The notes: generated from the letters alone by a model not told the origin. A stretch of DNA of 64,000 nucleotides from an uncultured delta proteobacterium (GCA_963804165.1 CAWDPO010000010.1:32001-96000); one strand, 5' to 3'; numbered from the stretch's first letter, positions 18,900 through 29,236 are shown. Made by a program: numbers and translations.

Positions 18900-19435
18900 G
18901 CGCGACTCGTTGCCATGGATAAAAGTGTTCTGTGCTGTGACGCCGAACTATTAAGTGAGCCGCCGCAGGAGGCGACAAATGCCGATTGCCTATCTCGACC
19001 TCTCAAATTACAGACGAGTCACAATATCGTTTACTTGCGCAAAGCATCAAGAATGATTCTGACCGCCAAAAACAGCGCTGATAGCGACCTATCCCCCTAC
19101 TGCCCGCAGCCCATTTCGCCTGCTAGACCAGGGTCAAGCTCGGTAATCGCCGTAGCATTGAACTGATCGACGCTACAAATCGATATCGGTGCCATCCAGA
19201 GCGCTCTGAGAAATATGGGTGAGGCGGATCTGTGCGCGCCGGATCCGCCGATATATATTTATTGACCGACCATTTTACCGACACACTGACAACTGCCCGT
19301 TTCGAGTTCGCGGTTAGACCGAAAAAATGGGACCGGAAAGGGGCAGGCAACTCATTGCCGAAATACCTGGAAATCAGTGGCCAGTCTCCAACCTTTGCGT
19401 TCTTTGCGGTCAAAAATCCTTTATAGACGTACTTT

Positions 19436-19572
19436 CTATTTCCCCGGATAGCGCTTCGCCATCTCGTTGAAGAAGCCTTCCTTCTCCAGTTCCTGCAGGA
19501 AGCTCATGTCGACGAACTGCTCGGGTTTCGCCGTTTTCGCCTGTGGCATCGTCGGGTAAGTTTCCTCGGCAT
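19436..19572 (-). pseudogene. Duplicated 3' fragment of the SBP gene ending at 23302
   Basis: PTMPQAKTAKPEQFVDMSFLQELEKEGFFNEMAKRYPGK identical at protein level; internal deletion between gtcgg microhomologies. Confidence 0.85.
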
Positions 19573-19604
19573 GCCATTGAGTTAGGCTTGGTGGGAGCTC
19601 CCCA

Positions 19605-19810
19605 TCAATTAATGACCTTGTCCGTTCGCGCCAGCACATTCGGGACGACCGTCAGGTCGATCTGCTTGCCTGCTGCAGATTGATGATCAACTCGCACTTC
19701 GTCGGCTGCTCGATCAGCAGCTCAGCAGCCTTGGGGCCCCCTTCAGAATCTTGTCGACATACGTAGCGGGACGCCGCCACAAATCGGCAATGCTCACGCC
19801 GCAGGTCACA
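19605..19810 (-). pseudogene. 3' remnant of an ABC_sub_bind-type substrate-binding protein
   Basis: SIADLWRRPATYVDKILKGA / EQPTKCELIINL / PNVLARTDKVIN* across shifting frames. Confidence 0.75.
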
Positions 19811-19962
19811 AGGCGGTCTCTTCCACAAATCCCTTCCTTCTGTACTGTCGGCAGCCGGCGAGCGACGGAGAGGTGGCGGAAAGGGTATGCTGGAGATGCT
19901 ACGGTCCATGGCCACGAATCGTACTTCGCACTCCGGAGCAAAGCGTCCGGGTTGCTCGGCCG

Positions 19963-21775
19963 TCAACTGAACTCACGCGCGTCATCCGCGATGAACTGCG
20001 CGTGTAGTATCTGGACGCAGCAGAGCTTGAATAGGAAGCGATCGATATTCCGGCTGATCGCCCGCGGTAGTATCGGTATCGCCCTGATGAGCCGCAGTGT
20101 TCGCACGAAATGAACGCGATAGATTCCCGCGCGCCGTAGCGCCGGCGCTGATGCGTAGGTCGCGAGAAGGCGGTCGAGCGCCGCGTGCTTGCCGGGCAGC
20201 ATAGACGGCACCCGTGTCGAGAGTCCCCATTTCCGGCGTTCAACGACCTCCTTGGGAATCAACCCTTCCGCGATCTTCCTGATGATATATTTCTCGACGC
20301 CATCACGGATTTTGTGCTCGACTGGAATGTCGCGCGCGACTTCGAACAAGTGGTGATCCAAGAACGGCACACGGCCTTCTATCGAATGCGCCATTTCCGT
20401 TCGATCCCCATATGCGCACAGGATCACACGAGGCAAATGCGTGACGAGTCGTCGATACTGAAGTTGAACGACGGCAGTCCTGCCTTCGATCTGTTCGGAG
20501 TCGTTCCCGCGCTCCTGTCCCTCAGGTAAGACCCTCGCGTAGATCGACTTTGGCGCAGCAACGAGCAATCTCCCGAGAAGACGGGAGAACCACGCTGAGA
20601 GCAACGCTCGTCGAGACGGCGAAAAAGAGCTGTCTCTACCCGCAAAGTTGCGAAACAAGTGGTAGCCGAGAAACACCTCGTCGGCGCCTTCGCCCGTCAG
20701 AACGACCTTCACGTGCCTCTGCGCCAATTCCGAAAGTAAGTACTTGCCGACCGGTGCAAGGTCAGCCGAGAGGCGTCTCGACGTGCCAGAGACACCGTTC
20801 AAGGTTCCGCAAGAGCGTCTCGGTCGTGACTTCCAGCACATGGTGTTCGACCCCGACATGGCGTGCGATGAGTTTCGCGATCTCGGCCTCGTTGTAAGGC
20901 TCACCCTCGTCGACAAAGGCAATCGTGAACGCATGGGGTGTCCAGCGCACGAGTGTTTTCACCTTCGCGGCGACCAGCGCCGAGTCTATCCCGCCACTCA
21001 GGTAGAGCCCGACAGGCACGTCGGCTCTGAGGCGTAGGCGAATTGCCTCGGTCAAGACCCGATCGGTTTCTTCCTTGTACTCCTCGAAGGTCCGGGACGT
21101 GTCGTACGCCGAAGCGCGCGGAAAATTGGGTCGCCAATAGGACGTCACGCGCGGTGTGCCGTTGACGACATCGAGGACGACCGCCGTCGCAGGCGGCACA
21201 TGCTCGACACCGCGGAATAAGGTTGCTCCGTCATTGCTTGGCGCGTTGAAATCGATCTCTCGTTCGACGAGCCCGGTTCCGAACAGACCCTTTATTTCGG
21301 ACGAGAAGGCCCACCCGCCGGCCTTTGTTCGGGCGACGTACAGCGGCTTGATGCCGAAACGGTCACGTGCCGCTATCAAGCGACCGAGTGCTCTGTCGTA
21401 GAGCAGGAAGGCAAACTCGCCGCGAAGGTGTTCGTAGAAGCGTTCGCCGTACTTGAGATAGAGATGAATGATCAATTCCGAGTCACTGTTACTCGCGAAT
21501 CGAGAGCCCTCTCTTTCAAGCTCGCTGCGCTGCCGCTCGAAATCGTATATCTCCCCGTTACACACCAGAGCGAGACGAGCATCATGGCTGTACAGTGGCT
21601 GGGCGCCAGTCTCCAGGTCGATGATGGACAGGCGAGCGTGACCCAGCCCGAGATGCCGGTCGGGTTCTAGAAACACGCCATGGCCGTCAGGGCCCCGGTG
21701 GCGCAGCAGCCTCAGCGACGCTTCCAGTCGAGAGCTATCCAGCGACGGATCGACGACTCCAACAATCCCGCACAT
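19963..21775 (-). CDS. asnB: Asparagine synthetase (glutamine-hydrolysing) family amidotransferase; frameshift near 20770
   Basis: MCGI, HRGPDG, NGEIY, RDRFGIKPLY, LSGGIDS, VVLTGEGADE, MAHSIEGRVPFLDH. Confidence 0.85.
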
Positions 21776-22062
21776 CTCCTCTCCTATCGCGAGCGCTAGC
21801 ACTTGCCTTATCCGTCATAAAAGAAACTGAACTCTTGCCACGTGATTTGGGGCGTCTCGTGGGGCTCATCATTGTCCTTTTCTTGCGACCACTCTTTCTT
21901 CGATAAGCGAGATCAACGGCTCGGTCGGATGAGACGTAGGATCATTCCGTTGGAGAATTCAATTCAATTACAGGATTAACGCCTGAGCCGTGCCGCCGCC
22001 ATAGCGTACGCGCTGCGGGGCGGTAGCAGTTGTCACGACGGCTGCGTAACCTTGTCCCTCCG

Positions 22063-23196
22063 CTATTCCGGCCCGCCGGGCTCCGGCGGGAATTGTGTGC
22101 GGGAAGACTCTGCCGTTCTTTGAGATGAGAGAGTTTCGACCTGATTCAATCTGGGGTGGGCAACCGAGTCAAGCGCCCGCGCGCGGCGGTTGTAGCGAAT
22201 CGAAGCGATGAAAGCGGTCACGATGAATCCCGCTCCGATCAGCCCGGTGATGATTTCGGGAATATGCTTCACCGCGTTCAGAAACATCATCAGCGCGAGA
22301 GCGATGATCGCGTAGAACGCGCCGCACTCCAGATAGCGATACGACGCCAGTGTCTCGCGCTCCACCAGCATGATCGTCAGGCTGCGCACGAACATAGCGC
22401 CCACGCCGAGGCCTATCGCAATGATGAAAAGATTGTTCGACAGCGCGAAGGCGCCGATCACGCCATCGAAACTGAAGCTCGCGTCGAGCACTTCGAGGTA
22501 AAGAAACGACGCCGCGCCGGATTGCGCCAGTTCCCCGGTGAGCGCTGACTCGACATTGAGCAGCGCCGAAACTCCGTCTACCGCGATGTAGGTGACGAGC
22601 CCGAAAATCCCGGCGGCGAGGAATTCAAACTGCTCGTCGCCGAGAAGCCACGTCGAGACAAAATAGAGTAAGAGAAGGACCAGTCCCAGTTCCAACGCCT
22701 CGATGCGGCCGAGGCGGGTAAGTGGCCGCTCGATCACACCGATCCAGTGCACATCCTTTTCCTGGTTGAAAAAATGTTTGAGGCCGACCATGGCGAGAAA
22801 CGCGCCCCCGAAAGCCGAGACCGAGATGTGCGCGCTGGTAAGCACGCGCGAGTAGTGGTCCGGGTCTGTGGCTGCCATGACCAGCGCTGAAACCGGATCG
22901 GTGCGCGCGATGATCGCGACAATGACCAGCGGGAAGATAACCCTCATGCCGAAGACCGCAATGGCGATACCCCAGGTGATGAATCGCCGCCGCCATACTG
23001 GGGGCATTTTCTTCAGCACCACCGCGTTCACGACGGCGTTGTCGAACGAAAGGGAGACCTCGAGGATCGCGAGCACCGCGACAATGAACATCGTCGAAAG
23101 GGCGCCGGTCCAGCTGTGTGTCGCACCCCAGCCGAGAAAAGCCCCGAGTGCGAGCCCGGCAGCGGTTAGCAATAATGAGTTGCGGAAGTAGCCCAT
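22063..23196 (-). CDS. TerC-like DUF475 integral membrane protein
   Basis: LEVSLSFDNAVVNA and YLEVLDASFSFDGVIGAFA motifs. Confidence 0.9.
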   Translation of the reverse strand: MGYFRNSLLLTAAGLALGAFLGWGATHSWTGALSTMFIVAVLAILEVSLSFDNAVVNAVVLKKMPPVWRRRFITWGIAIAVFGMRVIFPLVIVAIIARTDPVSALVMAATDPDHYSRVLTSAHISVSAFGGAFLAMVGLKHFFNQEKDVHWIGVIERPLTRLGRIEALELGLVLLLLYFVSTWLLGDEQFEFLAAGIFGLVTYIAVDGVSALLNVESALTGELAQSGAASFLYLEVLDASFSFDGVIGAFALSNNLFIIAIGLGVGAMFVRSLTIMLVERETLASYRYLECGAFYAIIALALMMFLNAVKHIPEIITGLIGAGFIVTAFIASIRYNRRARALDSVAHPRLNQVETLSSQRTAESSRTQFPPEPGGPE

Positions 23197-23301
23197 ACGT
23201 GTCTTGTCTGAAGTCTTACAGTTTTTACTCCTATTGGGGAATCCGTAGCGAGCCTGAAACTTTGTGGCCTTTGTGTTCTTTGCAGATAAATTTCCGATTC
23301 T

Positions 23302-24309
23302 CTACTTCCCCGGATAGCGCTTCGCCATCTCGTTGAAGAACCCTTCCTTCTCCAGCTCCTGCAAGAAACTCATGTCGACGAACTGCTCGGGTTTCGCCGT
23401 TTTCGCCTGCGGCATCGTCGGCGCGAGCCGGTCCAGGAGAAACTGCAGGCCTTTGAGTGTCGGGTAGGGTTTCCTCGGCGTCGTATTGATGTAGGCTTGG
23501 TAGGATGTCTCCAGCACTTCGGCGTCGCTCGTGCGCATGTATTTGCCGAAAACTTTTTGCGTCGCCTGCTTGTTGCTGAAAATATAATTGATGCCTTCGA
23601 TGTACCCTTTCAACGCCGACTTGACGACATCCCGATTGCTCTTGATATAAGCACGGGTCGTCGCCATGCCGTTGCCCTGCACCTCGACTTTGAGGTCGGG
23701 AATCCGGACCAGCTCGACGAGTCCCATGCGTTTGGCGATCGGCAGCGACGACGAATTGAAGACTCCCGCGTCGATCTTTCCCGCCGACATCGCCGCGAGA
23801 CGTTCGGCGTCGGGACCGCCCGGCACCAATTGAATATCCTTGTCGGGATCGAGCTTGAGATGCTGCGCGAGTATGATCGCCGCGAAGTGGGTCGCCGCGC
23901 CGAAACCGCTGATGCCGATTCTTTTGCCTTTCAGTTGTTCGAGCCGCGTGATTCCGGGCTGGGCGAAGACTGTCGAATCGTAATAAATTTCCACTCCGGC
24001 GATCAGCACGAGGTCGAATCCCGCCAAGCCGGCCTGGACTACCTGACCGATGCTCATCAGAGGGGGATCGCCGCCCGCCAACGCCTGAATCGCCAGTTGC
24101 CCGCCGCGCAGAAATATCGGCTCCACGTCGAGGCCGTATTTTTTGAACAGTCCTTCGTCCTTCGCCACCCAGATATGGCCTTGACGAAAACCCGAGTGAG
24201 GGATAACCGAAGCGGACTTTTTTTAAGCTCCTGGGCGACAGCAAAGTGGCGAGTAGAATCTGAGACTTAGAAGAGATAAAGAGGATGAATTTCCGTGCGC
24301 GTCAGACAT
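23302..24309 (-). CDS. NMT1/THI5/SsuA-like substrate-binding protein; 5' part disrupted by homopolymer frameshifts
   Basis: WVAKDEGLFKKYGLDVE, LKGKRIGIS; upstream AQELKK-VRFGYPSLGF-RQGHIW restored by removing one base in an A7 run and one in a T4 run; start approximate. Confidence 0.8.
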
Positions 24310-24521
24310 AATTGAACTCATGCGCAAAATTGCCTACCTGCGACAACCGAAGCTAACTTCTTTTCCATGTTCTCCGCGATTACAAGGTTTCCTCATGCAT
24401 CGAGCGGGAATCAATGCGTCATTGCAAGGTCTCTCCGCTCGTCCTGAACGCGTCGAAGGATGAGGGAGACGTTGGGAACCCGCCAATCGCTGCCCTGCGC
24501 TCCGGTGAACATCGCGACATT

Positions 24522-25532
24522 TTACAGCCCGAAAATCTCGCGAAACTCCTTGATGGTCTGATTGAATTGCGGCCCCGTCTGGGACGGCTCAACCTGCAAT
24601 TTCAGCTTCGACTGCTCCATTCTCGGCGAGAACGGTTCGATGTCGGGTCGCGCCGGTATCCTGCGTAGCGTGCGCAAACGCTGCTGCGCCGGTTTTGACA
24701 AGAGAAAGTCATAGAACAGCTTGGCCGTGTTCGGATGCGGCGGCTTGGCGCTGATGCCCGCCGCGTTGACGGTGACGACGATGGGATTGACGGTGTTCAC
24801 CCACTCCACCGGCGCACCCCGCTGTCTCATCTCTTCGATGCGGTGCGCGTAAACGACTCCGAGGGGAAATTCTCCCGCCGCCATGAGCTGGGCGATCAGC
24901 GTGTGGCCCTTGCGCCATTGGATTCCGTGCTTGGCCAGCGCGCGCATGTATTTCTGCGCCCGTTCACGACCCCAAGCTTTGTGCAACGTGCCGTACCAGG
25001 GATATTGCTCCTGATCGATGGAAAGCTTGCCCTTCCACTTCGGATCCAACAAATCTTCCCACTGCTTCGGCGCTTCTTTTTCGCTGACCATTTTGGGATT
25101 GTATCCGATGGTGGCGTAGTTGATGTAGACGGCGGTCCAGTGACCGTTTGGGTCTTTGAACTCGGGAATAAAGTTTTTCGCTTCCGGCGAACGATACGGT
25201 TGGAGCAGTTTGGCTTCGATCAGCGCATCGACTTCGCTGATCGTAATGATGTCGACATCGGAGCGGCCCGCCCGGGACTCCGTGACGATTCGATTGAGAG
25301 TTTTCTCGCCGCTGGCGCGGAAGATCTCACCCTTGATAAATGGATACTGTTTTTCAAAGTCGTCGAGCAGCGGTTTCGATTCAGTCACGTTGGTCGACGT
25401 GTACCAAAGCAACTTGCCTTCCTTCTTCGCGGCTTCGACGAGCTTGGTTCGCTCGTCAGCTTGACCCCACGCGAGTTCACTGATGAGCAGCGAAATCGCA
25501 ACGACCCATACAGCAGAAACTTTCACGAACAT
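24522..25532 (-). CDS. ABC transporter extracellular solute-binding protein
   Basis: Signal peptide; AAKKEGKLLWY, DLLDPKWKG, AGEFP, HPNTAKLF; paralog of 14550-15548. Confidence 0.85.
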   Translation of the reverse strand: MFVKVSAVWVVAISLLISELAWGQADERTKLVEAAKKEGKLLWYTSTNVTESKPLLDDFEKQYPFIKGEIFRASGEKTLNRIVTESRAGRSDVDIITISEVDALIEAKLLQPYRSPEAKNFIPEFKDPNGHWTAVYINYATIGYNPKMVSEKEAPKQWEDLLDPKWKGKLSIDQEQYPWYGTLHKAWGRERAQKYMRALAKHGIQWRKGHTLIAQLMAAGEFPLGVVYAHRIEEMRQRGAPVEWVNTVNPIVVTVNAAGISAKPPHPNTAKLFYDFLLSKPAQQRLRTLRRIPARPDIEPFSPRMEQSKLKLQVEPSQTGPQFNQTIKEFREIFGL

Positions 25533-25758
25533 GATTTTGCCTCCAAACCTTTAAAAGACTATTTCCAGGACCAATTGGCTGCCCGGAAAGTCGTACGAGT
25601 ATAGGAAATAACTTTGACAGTCAACGTCGCGTGAGTTCACGGGATGCTGCGTTTGTCGCTGGCGGCACGGGAACTAGCTTCCTCTCCTTCGACTGGAGAG
25701 GAATGAGCTGAGGGTATCGATAGACTGATAAACCCCTCATCCTGTTCCTTCCCCGCAA

Positions 25759-25887
25759 GAGACTGTGTCTTTATTCATTCTGCTCCGCAGGCAAAGAATC
25801 TCGTCTTCGCAACTAGCTGAAACAGCGAGATGCTTCGCGTTGTTCCGCATGACATCCCTGGAATCGCACGAATTGCGACACAGTCTC
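25759..25887. mobile_element. MITE-like element with GAGACTGTGTC terminal inverted repeats
   Basis: gagactgtgtc (25759) / gacacagtctc (25877-25887) perfect 11-bp IR; homologous to 29082-29236 and 34064-34190. Confidence 0.7.
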
Positions 25888-25970
25888 CCAAGGGGAGAGA
25901 AAAATTCGTTCGACGCAATTTTTACGGTTTTCCCGGAGCAGAACCAATTTGGCGACACAATGAGTCGGGT

Positions 25971-26954
25971 CTAGCTCAGGTAACCGCGCTCGCGCCAATA
26001 ACGTTCGGCGGCGGTATGGAGTGGTACTTCGAGATGGCCTTCCGGCGTGTCACGCACCATTTGTGCAAGCGGCAGCGGCCCTTCTTGCGCCCAGGGGATG
26101 CACTCCTTGCTCTCTTCCAGCGCCCGGCAAAAGTCGGCGACGAATGCGTCGGTTGTGTCTCGATGGGTGTAAATCGGCCAGCCGCTGAAATCGAGCGTCG
26201 GCACGTCCGCGCTGAGATGCGGGAAAGATTTCTTTTCGATCAGACCGCGGCGCAGTCCCACCGTTTCGAGTCGTTGCAAAATGCTTTCATCCAAGGCGAG
26301 AAAAGTCATGCCCAGCTCCAGCGCCATATTCCCCCAGGCGCTGGCGCCCTCGTCGAAGATCGCGTCGATGTCGCCGCGCTGCATCGCGCCGATGCGATTG
26401 GCGCCGTAGGCCATGCCGGCGTCATAGCGCACTTTGCCGCCCCAGGAAACGATATCGTCCAGGGAGAATCCCGCCGCTTTCAGCACATGATCGACGATCA
26501 GATGAAGCGAGTGATCCGGCTGAGCGCGCAGCGAAACTCGCAACGGAAACTTGCGTGCGCGAATGTCGCTGAACGAAATAAGTCCGGTTTCGCGCTTGAC
26601 CGCGAAAACCATCTGGTCCAAAGCTGGCAACACCGCGATCACGCGCAGCGGAATCGGTTCTTTAAACGGCGCGCTGCCGAGCGCAGCGAGCTTGAGAATC
26701 ATCGACGGATTGATGATCGCGAACTGGACTTTGCCCGCGGCGACTTCGTCGATCGTCGCCGGACTGTCGCTGGCGAACAACGTCAGCGGCCACTCGTCCG
26801 CGCCCTGCTCGCGCAGGCTGGTCCGCGCTTGGAGATACGGAAAGTCTTTTCGACTGACGAGCTGCGACGCTACTTCGAGCATCAGGCGCGAGCGCGTCGT
26901 GTGCGGATGCGTGCGCATCCGCGTCGGCTTGAGCTCGGTTTTTTTCTCGTTCAT
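25971..26954 (-). CDS. TAXI-family TRAP solute receptor-like protein
   Basis: LRVIAVLP, VFAVKRETGLISFSDI, VLKAAGFSLDDI, GDIDAIF, VPLHTAAERYWRERGYL. Confidence 0.75.
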   Translation of the reverse strand: MNEKKTELKPTRMRTHPHTTRSRLMLEVASQLVSRKDFPYLQARTSLREQGADEWPLTLFASDSPATIDEVAAGKVQFAIINPSMILKLAALGSAPFKEPIPLRVIAVLPALDQMVFAVKRETGLISFSDIRARKFPLRVSLRAQPDHSLHLIVDHVLKAAGFSLDDIVSWGGKVRYDAGMAYGANRIGAMQRGDIDAIFDEGASAWGNMALELGMTFLALDESILQRLETVGLRRGLIEKKSFPHLSADVPTLDFSGWPIYTHRDTTDAFVADFCRALEESKECIPWAQEGPLPLAQMVRDTPEGHLEVPLHTAAERYWRERGYLS

Positions 26955-26974
26955 ATTTTACTCATAGATTGCGT

Positions 26975-27235
26975 GTAGGGCAGACCTCTGTGTCTGCCCT
27001 CTCGAACGGGCGACCACCTAGGGTCCTGTCTCAGAAGTTCGCGACATAATTCTCGCGTCATTCCGTCGGAAAATCTCCCCCTTCCCCTCTTTGGCAAAGA
27101 GGGGTGAGAATCGCACGGAGAAAATTCCCCCTTTGAAAAAGGGGACAAAGGGGGATTTGAGTTCAACTTCAGTGGCTGCCATCGTTTGGACTTTTTAAAC
27201 GAACTTCTGAGACGCCACACTAGGGTCGCCCCTAC
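26975..27235. repeat. GTAG-type REP doublet interrupted by a CTAG-flanked MITE
   Basis: gtagggcagacc..gtctgccc and gggcgaccac[insert]ggtcgcccctac. Confidence 0.7.
27018..27223. mobile_element. ~200-bp MITE with CTAG duplication
   Basis: ctagggtcctgtctcagaagttcg ... cgaacttctgagacgccacactag, 14-bp perfect inner IR; contains CCCCCTTT..AAAGGGG hairpins. Confidence 0.75.
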
Positions 27236-27282
27236 AATCGTTGCGAACCTAAATGCAACCCGTACGATATAGACCGCTCATA

Positions 27283-28317
27283 CTACTTCAGCTTCAGCTC
27301 CCGATACGCTTCGCGCGCCAGGGCAAAATCCGCGACGCGGGAAATCGGCACCGGCTGCTTGGTATTGGAAACTTTCAAGCTTTCATCGATTGCCGCCTGC
27401 AGCGCCTGGTCGGAGGCCACACCGCTGTCCGTCCAGGTTCTTATCATCATATCGAAGGCTTTCTCGGCGACTTCCCGTTCAAGTTTCCATTTCGTCATGA
27501 TCAGCGCGATGGAATCCTGGCGTTGCGCGCGTGCATGAGCCATACCTCTATAAGCAACTGCGATTATTTTTTTGATCTGATCCGGCCGCTGTTGCAGCCA
27601 ACGGTCGGATACGCCGAAGCCGCCGTTGATACTTTCCAGCGTGTCGCCCATGAATGCCAGCCGGCGAAGCCCTAGACGCTCGGCATGAATGTCCGCGGGA
27701 AGCGTCAGTGTGGTGGCGTCTACGGCGCCAGCTCGGAGCGCTTGAAGCCGGTCAGGCGTGTTGCCGATAACGCGCAAGGTCATTTCCTTGTCGGCATCGA
27801 TGCCGGCGTCCTTGAGCAAGCGCCTCGACAAAAAGGATTCTCCGGATGTCAGAGTGGCAACTCCCAAGACTCGCCCTTTGAGCTCTTTAATCGAATGAAT
27901 ATCGGCGCGCGACATCAACGAAAACAACGGTCGATCGTTGTAAATCATCACGATCTTTACTGGCAAGCCGCGAACCGCAGCGTTGAGTATCGTCCCGGCG
28001 AAGATCGCATACTGAATGTCCCCGGAAACCAGGGCCGTCACCGCGATGGTCGGCGGAATATTGATGAGCTCGGCGTCGAAACCGGCTTGCTCGAAAAACC
28101 GGTTTTCTTTGGCGACGGTAATCGGAAAAGGAATGAGCCCGCCGACGGAGTAGGCAATGCGAACCTTTTCCAGTTCGCGGGTTGCGGCGAGCGCAAGCTG
28201 CGCGGTGAAGTATAGGACCAATTGGACGAATATGACCAATTGGAAAAAAGATCGTCGGTTTGTCCGGCTATGCTTCATTCTAGTTAAACGTTCTGCTGCG
28301 ACGCAGTCGGTGTTCAT
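27283..28317 (-). CDS. NMT1/SsuA-like substrate-binding protein
   Basis: KVRIAYS, FFEQAGFDAELI, ELKGRVLGV, ALRAGAVDA; start may be 28278. Confidence 0.8.
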   Translation of the reverse strand: MNTDCVAAERLTRMKHSRTNRRSFFQLVIFVQLVLYFTAQLALAATRELEKVRIAYSVGGLIPFPITVAKENRFFEQAGFDAELINIPPTIAVTALVSGDIQYAIFAGTILNAAVRGLPVKIVMIYNDRPLFSLMSRADIHSIKELKGRVLGVATLTSGESFLSRRLLKDAGIDADKEMTLRVIGNTPDRLQALRAGAVDATTLTLPADIHAERLGLRRLAFMGDTLESINGGFGVSDRWLQQRPDQIKKIIAVAYRGMAHARAQRQDSIALIMTKWKLEREVAEKAFDMMIRTWTDSGVASDQALQAAIDESLKVSNTKQPVPISRVADFALAREAYRELKLK

Positions 28318-29035
28318 TTACGGCCAGCGATTGCGATTTTGCGGCCGCTTGGCCCAGTAGTCTTCGAAGGCTTTCGCGTCCTGCCCGCTCATAGACGCGC
28401 CGATGAGTGGCTTGGTCGGCTTCATGAAGCATGACTCGCTCCGAATACTGCAAGTGGATCACCTTTCCTTCCGTGGCCGCGTTTTCCGCGAGCATCAAGT
28501 CATCCAAAAACTGCCGCAGCTCGCGATGATTCGCCATGTTGCTGCGAAACATCAGCCGGCCGTCCTTGTGGATCACAAAGAGCGCGTTGGGCCAGACTCC
28601 GTAGGCGCGGTGAATTCTGCCGTCGAGATGATCGACGAGGATCGGCAACCAGACATTTTCCAGCCGCTGCAAATCACGCGCGTAAGCGAGTTTCTGTTCG
28701 AAGGAAGTATGCGCGCCGTAGTTTTCCGCCGGATGCGATTCACGCGTGTAGAGCAGGAAAAACGACACGCCGCTGCCTTCGAATTCTCGCGCCAATCGAT
28801 TGAACTCCGGCACTTCGAACGCACACATGGGACTCGTCACCGCGCCGGTCATCATGACGACGTGACGTTTGTCGCGAAAGTCGGTCAAGCGAACGACCTT
28901 GCCCTCTAAATCAGAAGCTTCGAAAGCGGGAGCGGCTACGCCGACCTTCGCCGGCATAGTTTCTCCCGGATTCGTCGGCGCGGGAGCCGCGGCGACGAAT
29001 TCCTCCGAATTGTAAGCGCGTTCTTCGTCGGTCAT
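28318..29035 (-). CDS. Thioredoxin-fold, iodothyronine-deiodinase/peroxiredoxin-like protein; probable frameshift near the 3' end
   Basis: VGVAAPAF..DLEG..VRL.DF, GAVTSPMC, YTRESHP, ILVDHLDG.IHRAYG..PN; alternate frame gives AFEDYWAKRPQNRNRWP*. Confidence 0.7.
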
Positions 29036-29081
29036 TGAGCGATCACCATGTCGTTGGGGCTATAGAACTTCCTCTCCCTAC

Positions 29082-29236
29082 GAGACTGTGTGGCAATGTC
29101 ATCCTGAGGCGATAGCCGAAGGATCTCGTCTTCGGAAGCAGCAGCAAACGCGAGATTCTTCGCGGAGTTTATCCTGAGTCCCACCGAAGGACTCAGAATG
29201 ACGTTTATGTAAGTTTCGCAATTGCGATACAGTCTC
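29082..29236. mobile_element. MITE-like element (GAGACTGTGT family)
   Basis: gagactgtgtggcaa / ttgcgatacagtctc IR (13/15); internal gtcatcctgag...ctcagaatgac dyad. Confidence 0.7.

Noticed and set aside
21974-22052. Possible attC between the TerC-like gene and asnB
   Set aside because: An imperfect GC hairpin and a minus-strand GTTAATC are present, but there is no RYYYAAC partner or L-box spacing.
25830-26978. 382-aa plus-strand ORF and similar long antisense ORFs (23497-24270, 24735-25604, 37137-38138, 61521-62549)
   Set aside because: They overlap well-supported genes on the opposite strand, as expected in GC-rich DNA.
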